Source: an uncultured Cellvibrionales bacterium (lineage in GTDB: Bacteria > Pseudomonadota > Gammaproteobacteria > Pseudomonadales > Dasaniaceae). Taken from it: a stretch of 64,000 nt of DNA. This document shows, one piece after another, positions 39,086-49,835 of this stretch (the stretch's first letter is position 1; every line of letters starts with the position of its first letter). The position numbers and the translations under genes are program-made. The stretch lies in assembly GCA_913019905.1 (NCBI GenBank), contig CAJVZD010000001.1, forward strand, positions 42,176 to 106,175, given 5' to 3'. The notes beneath the pieces are model-generated. The model was not told the origin of the DNA and ran no database searches. It was given only the letters and a program-made list of their open reading frames with translations.

Positions 39086-40504
39086 TTAAACCACCTTACC
39101 TGGATTCATAATACTTTTGGGATCGAAAACACATTTTAGCTGCCTCATCAAAGCAAGTTCTTCGGGGCCGCGCGAGAACGGAAGATAATCTTTTTTCAAC
39201 AAGCCAACACCGTGTTCAGCTGAGACACTACCTTCATAACGCTGCACGATTTCAAAAACCCACTGACTCACTTTCGCACATTGCTCGAAGAATACCGTTT
39301 TGTCTAAATCATCAGGTTTTAAAATATTTAGATGAACATTGCCATCACCAATGTGACCAAACCATATCACCTCAAAATCAGGATAGTTCTCAACGACAAC
39401 CGTTTCAACTTCATCTAGAAAGCCGGGGACTTTGGAAATAACCGTTGAAAGATCATTTTTATAGGGTGTCCATTGAGAAATAGTCTCAGAAATATCTTCT
39501 CTCAGGCGCCATAGATTCTTCAATTGCTCCAGGCTTTGGCTCATAACACCGTCCAAAACCCAACCTTGCTCCATACACTGTTCAAAAAGCGACATTGCAA
39601 GAGCCTCAGTTTCCTCATTATTCATTTCAAACTCAATCAACGCGTAGTAAGGTGCTTCGGTTGCAAAAGGTCTCTGTAAGCCAGCATGTGAAATCACTTT
39701 CTTTAAAGCGCGTTCAGAGAAAAATTCAAAGGCTGTTAGTTCCATTTCGCCCTGAAAAGAATTCAAAACATCCATAATCGCGCCAAACTCGGGTACACCT
39801 AAAACCAACGCAGTTAAGTTTTTGGGCTGGCGAGTCAAACGCATCACCGCGTTAACCACGAAACCCAAAGTGCCTTCTGCGCCGATAAAAAGTTGGCGCA
39901 AGTCATAACCGGCATTATTCTTCAACAGCCCACGATTGAGCTCCAAAATTTCTCCGGCTCCCGTCACAACAGTTAAGCCCGCCACCCAGTCGCGAGTCAT
40001 TCCATACTTGATGACTTTAATACCACCGGCATTTGTACTGATATTACCGCCTATTTGACTCGACCCACTGGAGGCAAAGTCGACCGGATAGAACAAGCCC
40101 TGTTCTTCGGCGAAGTCCTGCAGTTGTTCGGTTATCACACCAGCTCCGCACTGCACGGTCCGATCAATCGCATTAAAATCACCAATCTGATTCATATAAT
40201 CGAAAGAAACAACGACCTCGCCATGGGCCGCAACTGCCCCCCCAGACAAACCAGTGCGCCCACCGGAAGGAACCAGTGAGAAGTTTTCAACATTGGCTAA
40301 TTTAACAATGGCTTGTACTTGTTCGACTGATACCGGAAATACAATCGCCGACGGTTTAGGCTCGTAAACTTTCGTCCAATCCTTGCCGAAAGTCTCCAGT
40401 GATACTTCGTCTAGGCGAATTTTGTCTGCGCCGACAATGCCCTCGAGTTGTTCGATAACAGAGCCTGACAGCTTATTAATGGAAGACGCGGCTTCAGCGT
40501 TCAT
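39086..40504 (-). CDS. FAD-linked D-2-hydroxyglutarate dehydrogenase
   Basis: PSGGRTGLSGG, STNAGG, GAEGTLG, FGHIGDGNVH, SAEHGVG; divergent from serA as in Pseudomonas. Confidence 0.85.
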   Translation of the reverse strand: MNAEAASSINKLSGSVIEQLEGIVGADKIRLDEVSLETFGKDWTKVYEPKPSAIVFPVSVEQVQAIVKLANVENFSLVPSGGRTGLSGGAVAAHGEVVVSFDYMNQIGDFNAIDRTVQCGAGVITEQLQDFAEEQGLFYPVDFASSGSSQIGGNISTNAGGIKVIKYGMTRDWVAGLTVVTGAGEILELNRGLLKNNAGYDLRQLFIGAEGTLGFVVNAVMRLTRQPKNLTALVLGVPEFGAIMDVLNSFQGEMELTAFEFFSERALKKVISHAGLQRPFATEAPYYALIEFEMNNEETEALAMSLFEQCMEQGWVLDGVMSQSLEQLKNLWRLREDISETISQWTPYKNDLSTVISKVPGFLDEVETVVVENYPDFEVIWFGHIGDGNVHLNILKPDDLDKTVFFEQCAKVSQWVFEIVQRYEGSVSAEHGVGLLKKDYLPFSRGPEELALMRQLKCVFDPKSIMNPGKVV

Positions 40505-40653
40505 CGGGTAATTACCTCTGTATTGGTGACTGGAAAATAAGGCTCGAGATTCATGAATTCACCGCTTTCGGCCAAAGAGCGCTAGCGAAAAAAGGCGGCT
40601 ATGATACCATACGCGCCTTTCCAAGCCAGCCACAATCCAGGAGCCGCAGTAAC

Positions 40654-41883
40654 ATGGGCAAGACATCTCTTGAAAAGAGTAAAATTAAATTCCTCCTTTT
40701 AGAGGGCGTTCACCCTTCTGCTGTCGAAACGCTTAAAACAGCCGGCTACTCCAATATCGTCAGCCATCCAAAAGCATTGCCGGAAGATCAGCTAAAAGCG
40801 GAGATAGCCGATGCGCATTTTGTTGGTATCCGCTCACGAAGCCAGCTCACAGACGAAGTTTTGTCCACGGCGAACAGACTGATTGCTATCGGTTGCTTTT
40901 GTATTGGAACTAACCAAGTTGACCTCAAGGCCGCCACTGAACGTGGTATTGCTGTTTTTAACGCGCCATTCTCCAATACCCGTAGTGTCGCCGAACTCGT
41001 GATCGCCGAGGCAATTTTGTTATTGCGCGGTATCGCCGAGAAAAACGCATTAGCACATCGGGGCGTATGGCAAAAAACCGCCAGCGGATCATTTGAAATT
41101 CGCGGCAAGGTGCTAGGCTTGATCGGCTACGGCAGTATTGGTATGCAGCTGGGTGTTATTGCCGAGTCTCTCGGTATGCAGGTCTTATTTTACGATGTGG
41201 TTAACAAGCTGCCCGTTGGAAACGCTTCGCAGGTTGGCAGCCTGAGCGAATTATTGCGAAAAGCCGATATTATTAGCTTACATGTTCCGGAAACCGGTGC
41301 GACAAAAAATATGATCGGAGAACAAGAACTAGCCCTGGTAAAGCAGGGAGCGATTCTGATCAATGCTTCACGTGGAACGGTGATCGATATTGATGCTTTG
41401 ACCCACGTTCTAAAATCCGGTCACTTAGCAGGCGCCGCGATCGATGTATTTCCGGTCGAACCACGCTCTAATGAAGACGAGTTTATCTCACCGCTGCGTG
41501 AATTCGACAATGTATTTTTGACGCCTCATATCGGCGGCAGCACCATGGAAGCACAGGAAAACATCGGTTTTGAAGTTGCAGAAAAACTGGCACGTTATAG
41601 TGATAACGGCACTTCAACCTCATCGGTAAATTTTCCGGAAGTTGCACTTCCCGCCCATACAGACATGCATCGACTGCTCCATATTCACCGTAATGTTCCA
41701 GGCGTATTATCGGCCATCAATCAGGTTTTTTCTGAAAACAAGATAAACATCCGCGCTCAATACCTGCAGACCAACGAAAAAACCGGTTATGTGGTGATTG
41801 ATATCGACGCTGATTACAGCGACGTTGCCCTGCAGATGTTAAATGAAGTGGAAGGTACCATTCGCTGTCGTGTGCTTTTTTAA
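40654..41883 (+). CDS. serA: D-3-phosphoglycerate dehydrogenase
   Basis: GIRSR, CFCIGTNQVDL, APFSNTRSVAE, GYGSIG, TPHIGGST, C-terminal ACT domain. Confidence 0.97.
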   Translation: MGKTSLEKSKIKFLLLEGVHPSAVETLKTAGYSNIVSHPKALPEDQLKAEIADAHFVGIRSRSQLTDEVLSTANRLIAIGCFCIGTNQVDLKAATERGIAVFNAPFSNTRSVAELVIAEAILLLRGIAEKNALAHRGVWQKTASGSFEIRGKVLGLIGYGSIGMQLGVIAESLGMQVLFYDVVNKLPVGNASQVGSLSELLRKADIISLHVPETGATKNMIGEQELALVKQGAILINASRGTVIDIDALTHVLKSGHLAGAAIDVFPVEPRSNEDEFISPLREFDNVFLTPHIGGSTMEAQENIGFEVAEKLARYSDNGTSTSSVNFPEVALPAHTDMHRLLHIHRNVPGVLSAINQVFSENKINIRAQYLQTNEKTGYVVIDIDADYSDVALQMLNEVEGTIRCRVLF

Positions 41884-41924
41884 GCGTCTCTATAACAGCG
41901 CCGTTTTTACTGTGCTGATAAACA

Positions 41925-43277
41925 TCAAAAAATAAGCGTAAAAAGGGCGCCTCCGTCTTCCTTGTTTTTCATGGTGATGGCGCCCTCGTGCGCAACCATG
42001 ACCTGGCGCGATAAGGCAAGCCCCACGCCACTGCCGTCGCGCTTAGTGGTGTAAAAGGGCACGAAGACTTTACGCCCAATTGCATCGGGAATGCCGGGAC
42101 CATTGTCGGAAATTTCGATGATTACATGCCCCCTCTTGTTGATACTTGCCCTTAAACTCACCAGTCCCGCCGCCGTTTCCTCCAGAGCCTGTTCACAATT
42201 TTTCAACATGTTGATTAGTACCTGTTCAATCAAAGTGTGATCGGCGTATAAGTCCAATGCCTTTGGTTCTACCGCGCAACGCAAGGATATATTCTTTTGT
42301 TCCCAGCCTTGAGTCGCTAGTCTTCTTAAGCTTTCAAAAAAAGCATCGAGCCTGAACAGACTCTTTTGCGGTGGTGCCAGGCGAGTCAATTGGCGATAGC
42401 TGTTAACGAAATTCATTAATCCATCAGAACGACGCGCGAGTGTATCAACCGCATCTTGAATATCACCAAGATCCTCCTGTAAGGGTGTGTTTATGTCTCC
42501 CTGGGTTCGAGCTTCGGCGACCAAATCCGCCGCGGTTTTAGAAAGGGAGGCGATGGGTGTAATAGAGTTCATTATTTCATGAGTTAACACTCGGACAAGA
42601 TCCTGCCAGGCGTCTAACTGCGAACTATCGAGTTCATTCTTTATGTTTAACATCGAAATCAGACGTTCAGGTTTGGCATTAACAGTAATGTCGGTGGCTG
42701 AGAGCGAGAGGCTCTGTTCCATATTGTCGCTGACAAAAGAGACTAACCGCTTGTCACCGGCTCTCAAGCCTTCAACTCCTTCCCTAAAGCTCTCACCGAA
42801 TTGAGACAAATCCTCCAGAGAAACAATTTGCACGAGTCCAAACAATCGCCGCGCCGCATTGTTTAACAAACTGACCCGATCGTCGGAGTGAATCGTTATA
42901 AGTGGTGCGGGTATCTGTTCGACTAAAATTTTAAGATAACGTAAGTCTGTTTCCTGTTGTTGACGCTCCTCCTGAAAGCGATCAAGAATTTTTGTGAAGC
43001 TGTCTCCTAGCTCAGAAAACCCCGAGCCCATTGCTGAAAAATTAAAACGCTGACCCATATCAGCATAACGAGCAGCATCGAGAAAGCGGGATAACTCCTG
43101 ATTTGTTCGAGAAACAAAACGTAATAAATCGAAAGTTTGAGCAACAACAATACCCAAAATAAGTAGTGTCGCCGCATTAAATCCGGGCGTTATTATTAAA
43201 TAACCCAACAAGGCTAAGCTGACCATTGTGAAAAAAAGTCTAATAGCAAGTATTATACTGAAACGTTTAAAACCCAT
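41925..43277 (-). CDS. Sensor histidine kinase (two close TMs, PAS-like region)
   Basis: H box LTHEIMNSITPI, N box INMLKN, DNGPG, FYTTK, GSGVGL. Confidence 0.93.
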   Translation of the reverse strand: MGFKRFSIILAIRLFFTMVSLALLGYLIITPGFNAATLLILGIVVAQTFDLLRFVSRTNQELSRFLDAARYADMGQRFNFSAMGSGFSELGDSFTKILDRFQEERQQQETDLRYLKILVEQIPAPLITIHSDDRVSLLNNAARRLFGLVQIVSLEDLSQFGESFREGVEGLRAGDKRLVSFVSDNMEQSLSLSATDITVNAKPERLISMLNIKNELDSSQLDAWQDLVRVLTHEIMNSITPIASLSKTAADLVAEARTQGDINTPLQEDLGDIQDAVDTLARRSDGLMNFVNSYRQLTRLAPPQKSLFRLDAFFESLRRLATQGWEQKNISLRCAVEPKALDLYADHTLIEQVLINMLKNCEQALEETAAGLVSLRASINKRGHVIIEISDNGPGIPDAIGRKVFVPFYTTKRDGSGVGLALSRQVMVAHEGAITMKNKEDGGALFTLIF

Positions 43278-44691
43278 ACTTCTCCATCCTTCTATAGAGC
43301 GCTGCGCGGGTCAATCCTAAGGTTTTTGCACTGTGGCTAATGTTATAGCGATGCTTCCTCAATACTTTTTCGATGGTATTCTTCTCAATCTGCTCTAGGT
43401 TCATGTCCTCGTTTAGAACCGTATCACTCACTTTCGATGGTAGAACCTCAGAATCTGGCTCGTGAATAATGTTTTTTGCTGAATCAAGTTGGAAATCAAG
43501 CAGCTCATATTGCTCACCTTCCGAAAGAATGACCGCCCTTTCCAACGAATGGCGCAACGCTCTAATGTTACCCGGCCAGTGATACTCCCTGATTCCGGCC
43601 ATGGTATTTTCGGAAAAACTTTTTTCAGGCTTGCCGTATTTATGCGCGTAAACCGCGGCGTAGTGGTTCGCAATTTCAGGAATATCCTCCGGTCTGTCTC
43701 GCAGGGGTGGAAGCACAATTTCTACAGTATTGAGGCGAAATAAGAGATCTTGTCGAAAGTGTTTTTCGTTAGTTAAATTTTCCCTTGTGGCGTTAGTGGC
43801 GGCGATAATCCGCACGTCAATATCAGTACGTTGGTTGGAGCCGACGGGAGACACTTGCCGCTGTTCTAATACCGACAGTAGTTTCGCCTGCAAATGCAGT
43901 GCTAAATTTCCAATTTCATCCAGAAACAACGTTCCACCCTGAGCCGCCTGAATTAGCCCGATACGATCTGATTTTGCATCGGTAAACGCGCCTTTTTTGT
44001 GCCCGAAAAGTTCCGACTCAAACAAAGATTCGGAAATCGAACCGAGATCTATCGCGATAAAAACTTCTTCAGAACGTTGCGACTGCTGGTGGATAGAACG
44101 CGCAGCTAACTCTTTGCCAGTGCCATTTTCGCCCAGTAATAATACATTCGCGGAGGTCGGCGCACATCGCTGAATTAATGACAGCACCGTCTGCATAGCC
44201 GGGGAGTTCCCCAACATCGGTTGCCGCGATGCCGACGTTGCTTCCGTTAAAGCCGCGTTGGTGATTTTAAGCGACGCGGCTCGAGATCGAGACTGGCTCA
44301 AGCTAAATGCCGAAGAAAGAGTCGCGACCAATTTTTCGTTCTGCCAGGGCTTGGAAATAAAATCGGTCGCCCCTAGCTTCATCGCTTCAACGGCAACATC
44401 GACACCACCGTGAGCCGTTATTAAAACAACCACGGCCTGCGGGTCAATTTCTAATATTTTAGCTAACCATTGAAAGCCTTGTTGGCCACTCGATTCGCCC
44501 GGACTAAAATTCATGTCCAAAAGTATTGCATCGAAATGCTGGCTACCCATCAACGACGATATTTGCGATGGCTGACTCGTCGTTACGACCTCGTTGTAAT
44601 GACGTTTTAAGAGTAGTTTGACTGCCATAAGAATATCTTCGTCGTCATCAACGACTAAAATCTTCCCGTCCTTCTTTATGCCATCTGCCAT
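43267..44691 (-). CDS. Sigma54-dependent (NtrC-family) response regulator
   Basis: Receiver VDDD/LLDMNF, Walker A GENGTGKE, ESELFGHKKGAFTDA, FLDEI, WPGNIR, Fis-type HTH. Confidence 0.95.
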   Translation of the reverse strand: MADGIKKDGKILVVDDDEDILMAVKLLLKRHYNEVVTTSQPSQISSLMGSQHFDAILLDMNFSPGESSGQQGFQWLAKILEIDPQAVVVLITAHGGVDVAVEAMKLGATDFISKPWQNEKLVATLSSAFSLSQSRSRAASLKITNAALTEATSASRQPMLGNSPAMQTVLSLIQRCAPTSANVLLLGENGTGKELAARSIHQQSQRSEEVFIAIDLGSISESLFESELFGHKKGAFTDAKSDRIGLIQAAQGGTLFLDEIGNLALHLQAKLLSVLEQRQVSPVGSNQRTDIDVRIIAATNATRENLTNEKHFRQDLLFRLNTVEIVLPPLRDRPEDIPEIANHYAAVYAHKYGKPEKSFSENTMAGIREYHWPGNIRALRHSLERAVILSEGEQYELLDFQLDSAKNIIHEPDSEVLPSKVSDTVLNEDMNLEQIEKNTIEKVLRKHRYNISHSAKTLGLTRAALYRRMEKYGF

Positions 44692-44753
44692 CTCAATACT
44701 CTTTGTTTCGTCAGGAAGCGCCGTGAAATGTCTTCTAAACGTCTTTAGCCGAC

Positions 44754-44790
44754 TGTTCGGTACCGTACATTAACTGTTCATTTTCGTACA
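44754..44790. promoter_or_regulatory. Paired upstream activator (enhancer) sites, probably for the adjacent response regulator
   Basis: TGTTCGGTACCGTACA (44754-44769) and TGTTCATTTTCGTACA (44775-44790), imperfect palindromes 21 bp apart. Confidence 0.6.
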
Positions 44791-44852
44791 GTAATAATTC
44801 TCAAAATAATTCCCTATTGCAAAATATCCTTTACTTTCAAATACTTAAATTC

Positions 44853-44869
44853 TTGGCCCGGGCTTTGCT
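44853..44869 (+). promoter_or_regulatory. Sigma54 -24/-12 promoter of the efflux operon
   Basis: TTGGCCCGGGCTTTGCT: GG-N10-GC, close to TGGCACG-N4-TTGC; IHF-like TTTCAAATACTTA at 44835-44847. Confidence 0.75.
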
Positions 44870-45039
44870 AATACAAGAATAGAAATAGAAACAAACGAAG
44901 CAGATCGCTGCTTCCTACGTAAGGCAAAGACAGTTTGTAAAACGGCGCGATCTTTAATCAGGACCCGGTTTGAGATCAATAATTGAATTTTTCAATAATG
45001 GATCCAGCAATTATTGAGTGACTAAGCGAACTAAATTCT

Positions 45040-46386
45040 ATGAGAAACGATCAACCCAATGCTAAACCAACACCCATCGACAGTGATCGATCCGTACCGC
45101 AGCTAAAAGCAACGAGCGGCGCGGCCATGGACAGGAAGGTAGAAAGAAAAGCCAATCCTACAAAGAAAATAGCGATCGCCTTGTCGCTATTATTAGCTGC
45201 TGGACTGGTCGCCTTTTATCTTTTGGACCTTGGTGGCGGCAGAACCTTAACTATCAATCAGGAAAAATTGGCGATTGCCAAGGTAGTCAAAGGCACCTTC
45301 GAAGACTTTATTCCGATCCGGGGTCGCGTCACTCCACTAAAAACCGTTTATCTTGACGCCGTTGAAGGTGGTCGAGTCGAGGCGCGCCTGATTGAAGACG
45401 GATCAATCGTAGAAGCTGGAGATCTCATTGCGGTATTGTCAAATACGTCCTTGCAGTTAGATGTTACTCGCAACGAAGCAATGGTCGCAGAGCAACTCAA
45501 TAATATGCGAACCATTGAGCTTCAGCTTGAGAGAAACAGACTACAACATAAAAGCGACGTGCTTGATATGAGCTACCAGATAAAGCGATTGGGCCGTCAG
45601 GTAAAGAGACAAGAAGAACTGTCAAATTCCGGTGTTGTAATCCAGAGCCAGCTAGATGACGCAAAAGACGAACTAGATTATTTCACCGACCGTCGCGCCT
45701 TAAGCCTGGAAAGTCAGGCCAGTGATGCAAGCATGCAGGAAACACAATTAGCATTTTTACGGGCCAGCGGTGCGCAACTTAACAAGAATGTTGAAATCGC
45801 TAGAAAAACCCTGGACGCACTAAATTTGCGAGCCCCGGTTTCAGGAAAACTATCGGGGTTCGATGTGGAGGTCGGTCAAAGTATTACGCGTGGAGGTCGG
45901 CTCGGCCAAATTGATGATCCGCAAAATTTTAAACTCAGAGCGAGCATTGACGAGTACTATTTAGGCCGCGTAGATATTGGACAATCAGCTCATTTTGACA
46001 AAAATAAGGCCAGCTACTCCCTAACAGTCACCAAGATTTTTCCAAACGTCAAAAATGGATCCTTTGATGTGGACCTGACCTTTAGTTCAGCTGCCCCTAA
46101 AGATATCCGCCGCGGACAAACAATTCAAAGCACCTTAACCTTGGGCGACTCTAGTTCCGCGCTGATCGTCCCCAATGGCGCCTTTTTTCAGGACACCGGG
46201 GGAAACTGGATTTTTGTTGTCACTAAAGATAACCGTCAGGCGGTTAAGCGCTCCGTAAGCCTGGGTCGAAGAAATTCCCGGTATATTGAAGTATTGCAAG
46301 GCCTCGAAGAGGGCGAACAAGTTATTACCAGCCCGTATTCGAGTTTTAAGGAAATGGACCGACTCAATCTGAATAGCAGCGACTAA
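45040..46386 (+). CDS. Periplasmic adaptor (membrane fusion protein) of a MacAB-type ABC exporter
   Basis: Single N-terminal TM, DAVEGGRV, coiled-coil hairpin, LRAPVSG, EVLQGLEEGEQVI. Confidence 0.9.
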   Translation: MRNDQPNAKPTPIDSDRSVPQLKATSGAAMDRKVERKANPTKKIAIALSLLLAAGLVAFYLLDLGGGRTLTINQEKLAIAKVVKGTFEDFIPIRGRVTPLKTVYLDAVEGGRVEARLIEDGSIVEAGDLIAVLSNTSLQLDVTRNEAMVAEQLNNMRTIELQLERNRLQHKSDVLDMSYQIKRLGRQVKRQEELSNSGVVIQSQLDDAKDELDYFTDRRALSLESQASDASMQETQLAFLRASGAQLNKNVEIARKTLDALNLRAPVSGKLSGFDVEVGQSITRGGRLGQIDDPQNFKLRASIDEYYLGRVDIGQSAHFDKNKASYSLTVTKIFPNVKNGSFDVDLTFSSAAPKDIRRGQTIQSTLTLGDSSSALIVPNGAFFQDTGGNWIFVVTKDNRQAVKRSVSLGRRNSRYIEVLQGLEEGEQVITSPYSSFKEMDRLNLNSSD

Positions 46387-46420
46387 CATTAGCTTTCATA
46401 ATTTTTTAGAGGACTAGATC

Positions 46421-47113
46421 ATGTTAAAACTTCATAACCTGTCAAAAGTGTACCGCACCGAAGACGTTGAAACCGCAGCGCTCGATAGTGTCAATATCGA
46501 AATTGCACAAGGTGAGTTCGCCGCGATAATGGGTCCGTCTGGTTGTGGAAAATCTACCTTACTCAATATTATTGGTATGTTAGATACTCCCAGTTCCGGA
46601 GATTATCACTTTATGAACGAAATAATTTCAAATCACTCAGAGTCGAAGCTTGCTGATATTCGCAAGAGAAACGTGGGGTTTATTTTCCAGTCTTTCAATC
46701 TAATCGACGAGCTGACCGTCGCAGAAAACATTGAACTCGCCTTGTTGTATCACAACATTCCCACAGCCGAACGCCGCGACCGCGTTGCCAGCGTCATGGA
46801 CAAGGTTGGTATCGCACATCGCGCCAAACACATGCCGGGCCAACTGTCTGGCGGCCAGCAACAACGAGTAGCTGTTGCGCGAGCGGTGGTCGGTGATCAA
46901 GCTATGATATTGGCCGACGAGCCAACAGGAAACCTTGATAGCGCACACGGTCAGGAAGTGATGGAAATGTTACAAGGACTTAACGATGAAGGCACCACGA
47001 TAGTCATGGTTACTCATAGTAAGGCTCATGCTGATTATGCGAAACGCACGATCAACCTTTTCGATGGCCACGTGGTAACAGAAAATTTTCGGGCAACTCG
47101 TCAAGCCTCTTAA
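46421..47113 (+). CDS. ABC transporter ATP-binding protein (MacB/LolD type)
   Basis: [36 protein letters not shown]. Confidence 0.95.
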   Translation: MLKLHNLSKVYRTEDVETAALDSVNIEIAQGEFAAIMGPSGCGKSTLLNIIGMLDTPSSGDYHFMNEIISNHSESKLADIRKRNVGFIFQSFNLIDELTVAENIELALLYHNIPTAERRDRVASVMDKVGIAHRAKHMPGQLSGGQQQRVAVARAVVGDQAMILADEPTGNLDSAHGQEVMEMLQGLNDEGTTIVMVTHSKAHADYAKRTINLFDGHVVTENFRATRQAS

Positions 47114-47135
47114 AAATTGTTAGGAGTTCTATTTA

Positions 47136-49556
47136 ATGTTAAACAACTACATCTCGATAGCCTGGCGCCACATCCTAAAGAACAAGGTCTACTCTTCGAT
47201 TAATATCCTGGGCTTAGTATTAGGGTTGTCGGTATTTTTCTTTGGGTCGCTTTTAGCCGATTACGAAACATCTCACGATCTGTTTTACAAAAATTCAGAG
47301 CGCATCTTTACGATAGGATCTGTGTTTAAACCCGGGGCGGACGTTGGAGTATTGGCCAGCGATGCCGCTCATTCCGCTTTAGCTCCTATAGTAAAAACAG
47401 AAATGCCGGACATTGAGGCCGTAGCGAGGACGATTAGCCGAGAGTTTCTCATTTCTATCGAGGACGATGACTACTATGAAAACATTCGATTCGCCGACTC
47501 ATCTTTTCTTAACATCTTCGATTTCACCTATATAGAGGGAGATGATACTGCAATCAATGATCCCACGGGGTTGTTAGTCACCCAGGATATGGCCTTGAAA
47601 TTATTCGGCGAAGGGCCCGCATTGGGGAAATTTGTTGTTCTCGACCACGACAAAACTCTCACTGTAACAGCGGTAGTCGCCAACCTTCCAAAAAACACTC
47701 ATTTCAATTCATCGCTCGACTCTGACGAAGTATTTTCAATGGTTGCACACTTATCGGTTCTCAACACTGATGAGAGAAATGAAGAAGAAGGGAACTGGAA
47801 TAATCTTTCTATGGGTGACTATACCTATGTGTTAGCCAAACCTAAGTTGAGTCAATCTTCCCTACAAGTACAAATGGACGCTCTGTATGATACTCATTAT
47901 CCGATCGAAGAAAATGACTTTATTAGTTCCTTTAAAGTTAGCAAGCTCTCTGAGGCCAATACGTTTCTTTGGTCTGCGGTCGGAATGCCAGTCATTGAAA
48001 CCGTACAACTACTCGCTTTTTTTGTATTAATAGTCGCCATTGTTAACTACACCAATTTAGCGACTGCGCAGTCTTTAGGTCGAACGCGCGAAGTTGGATT
48101 ACGAAAAACTATGGGCGCTGGCAGGGCGCAATTACTCGCGCAGTTTTTGACTGAGAGTATTCTGATTGCGCTAATATCGATGTTAATCGCACTGGCATTG
48201 CTGGAGATTGCGATTCCCATTTTCAACACCACCATGGACAAAGGACTGACGATTAACTACCTATCCACCCTACCCTGGCTACTTTTAACCACACTGCTGG
48301 TTGGCTTGATGGCCGGGGCTTACCCGGCATACTTAATTACGCAGACTAACCCTATCGATGCGCTCCGAAATTCGTCGACTAAGGGTGCGAAAGGCAACCT
48401 CTTTCGTTCTTTGATGTTAGGTGTCCAGTTTTCTATTTCAATTTTCATACTAGCTATTGTACTGGTCGTGTACTTTCAGAATTTAAAGTTAGAACGCAGT
48501 GGCGATATCTATGCCCGCTCTCAAATAGTGACGCTGAAAAGACTCAATATTCCCGATATTAAGAAACAGCTAAAGACTCTCGAGAATGAACTTAGCGCAA
48601 TTGGCGGTGTTTCACATGTTGCTTTTTCAAGTCAGGTTCCTTTTCAACAAAGTAATTCCAGCTTCGAAGCGAGTCCCATACAGGGAGATGACACAAATAC
48701 GGTCTCTGTTAATCAGGTCAGTGTGAATTCAAACTTTCTGAGGCTATACGATATCCCACTCTTGACTGGTCGAGAACTGTCGGATGAGTATGATAGCGAC
48801 ACTCTTAAGGAAGACGTTTATACCGTTAATGTCGTAGTGAACAAATTGTTCATGGAAAAGCTGGGGTTTACCTTGGAATCAGAAAATCCGACTTTTTATG
48901 ACTCTTCAGATAACCGACCGTCACGAGCTTATTCTATTGTTGGTGTAGTGGCTGACCAAAACTTCAAAGGGTTCCATAATGTTATTAAACCTATGGTTTT
49001 TTTCATGCGACCCGCGTGGTACTCCACCGCCTCTGTGCGTGTGCAAGGTGCAGACATTCAGCGGACCATGATAGAAATTAAAGACGCCTGGACAGACGTC
49101 GTCCCAAATTATCCAATACAAGTTGAATTTTTGGATGAAACCTTTATGGATGTGTTTAAGATCTTTAATGCAATGACTAAAACCTTAGGCGGGTTTGCCT
49201 TTCTGGCGATATCACTGTCGATGGTCGGGCTTTTTGGCATGGCAGCTTTTATGGTAGAACGACGAACAAAGGAAATTGGGATTCGAAAAGTTATGGGCGC
49301 AAATCTTGGACAAATAGTCACTTTGTTAATCTGGCAATTTTCCAAACCGGTATTGTGGTCCTTGGTCGTTTCTTTACCGGCTGCGTATTTTGCTTCTAAT
49401 ACCTATCTCAATTTTTTCGCCGATCGTCTGACTCTACCACTCGGAATTATTATTTCCGCGGGCTTGATGGCTACACTATTTTCGTGGCTGATAATATCCT
49501 TTCATTCAATAAAGATTGCGAGGGCCAACCCGATACGTTCTTTGCGTTACGAGTAA
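47136..49556 (+). CDS. ABC transporter permease (duplicated MacB/FtsX type)
   Basis: REVGLRKTMGA and KEIGIRKVMGA repeats, NPIxxLRYE end, two large periplasmic domains. Confidence 0.92.
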   Translation: MLNNYISIAWRHILKNKVYSSINILGLVLGLSVFFFGSLLADYETSHDLFYKNSERIFTIGSVFKPGADVGVLASDAAHSALAPIVKTEMPDIEAVARTISREFLISIEDDDYYENIRFADSSFLNIFDFTYIEGDDTAINDPTGLLVTQDMALKLFGEGPALGKFVVLDHDKTLTVTAVVANLPKNTHFNSSLDSDEVFSMVAHLSVLNTDERNEEEGNWNNLSMGDYTYVLAKPKLSQSSLQVQMDALYDTHYPIEENDFISSFKVSKLSEANTFLWSAVGMPVIETVQLLAFFVLIVAIVNYTNLATAQSLGRTREVGLRKTMGAGRAQLLAQFLTESILIALISMLIALALLEIAIPIFNTTMDKGLTINYLSTLPWLLLTTLLVGLMAGAYPAYLITQTNPIDALRNSSTKGAKGNLFRSLMLGVQFSISIFILAIVLVVYFQNLKLERSGDIYARSQIVTLKRLNIPDIKKQLKTLENELSAIGGVSHVAFSSQVPFQQSNSSFEASPIQGDDTNTVSVNQVSVNSNFLRLYDIPLLTGRELSDEYDSDTLKEDVYTVNVVVNKLFMEKLGFTLESENPTFYDSSDNRPSRAYSIVGVVADQNFKGFHNVIKPMVFFMRPAWYSTASVRVQGADIQRTMIEIKDAWTDVVPNYPIQVEFLDETFMDVFKIFNAMTKTLGGFAFLAISLSMVGLFGMAAFMVERRTKEIGIRKVMGANLGQIVTLLIWQFSKPVLWSLVVSLPAAYFASNTYLNFFADRLTLPLGIIISAGLMATLFSWLIISFHSIKIARANPIRSLRYE

Positions 49557-49835
49557 ACCCAAGCACGACGGTTGTTGACTCTCGGAGATGGTTTTCTCAG
49601 GCGGAGTGGTGAAGGACCCCACCCCGTCATTGAGTTCTCCGATCGGCTCAAGACCCTGGAGATTTCAAATTGGGTAGTCCGAAATAGCAAAACCTGCTGA
49701 TGCCGACTGGAACTTAAACGATTGCAACTGAACACAGCGAAGATGTCATTCTGATGTTAGCGGGCCAGATCTCAATGAATCGAAACCTGTGACCCCTTTG
49801 GTCGATAAGCTGAACCGTCGTAAGCAATAGTCAGC

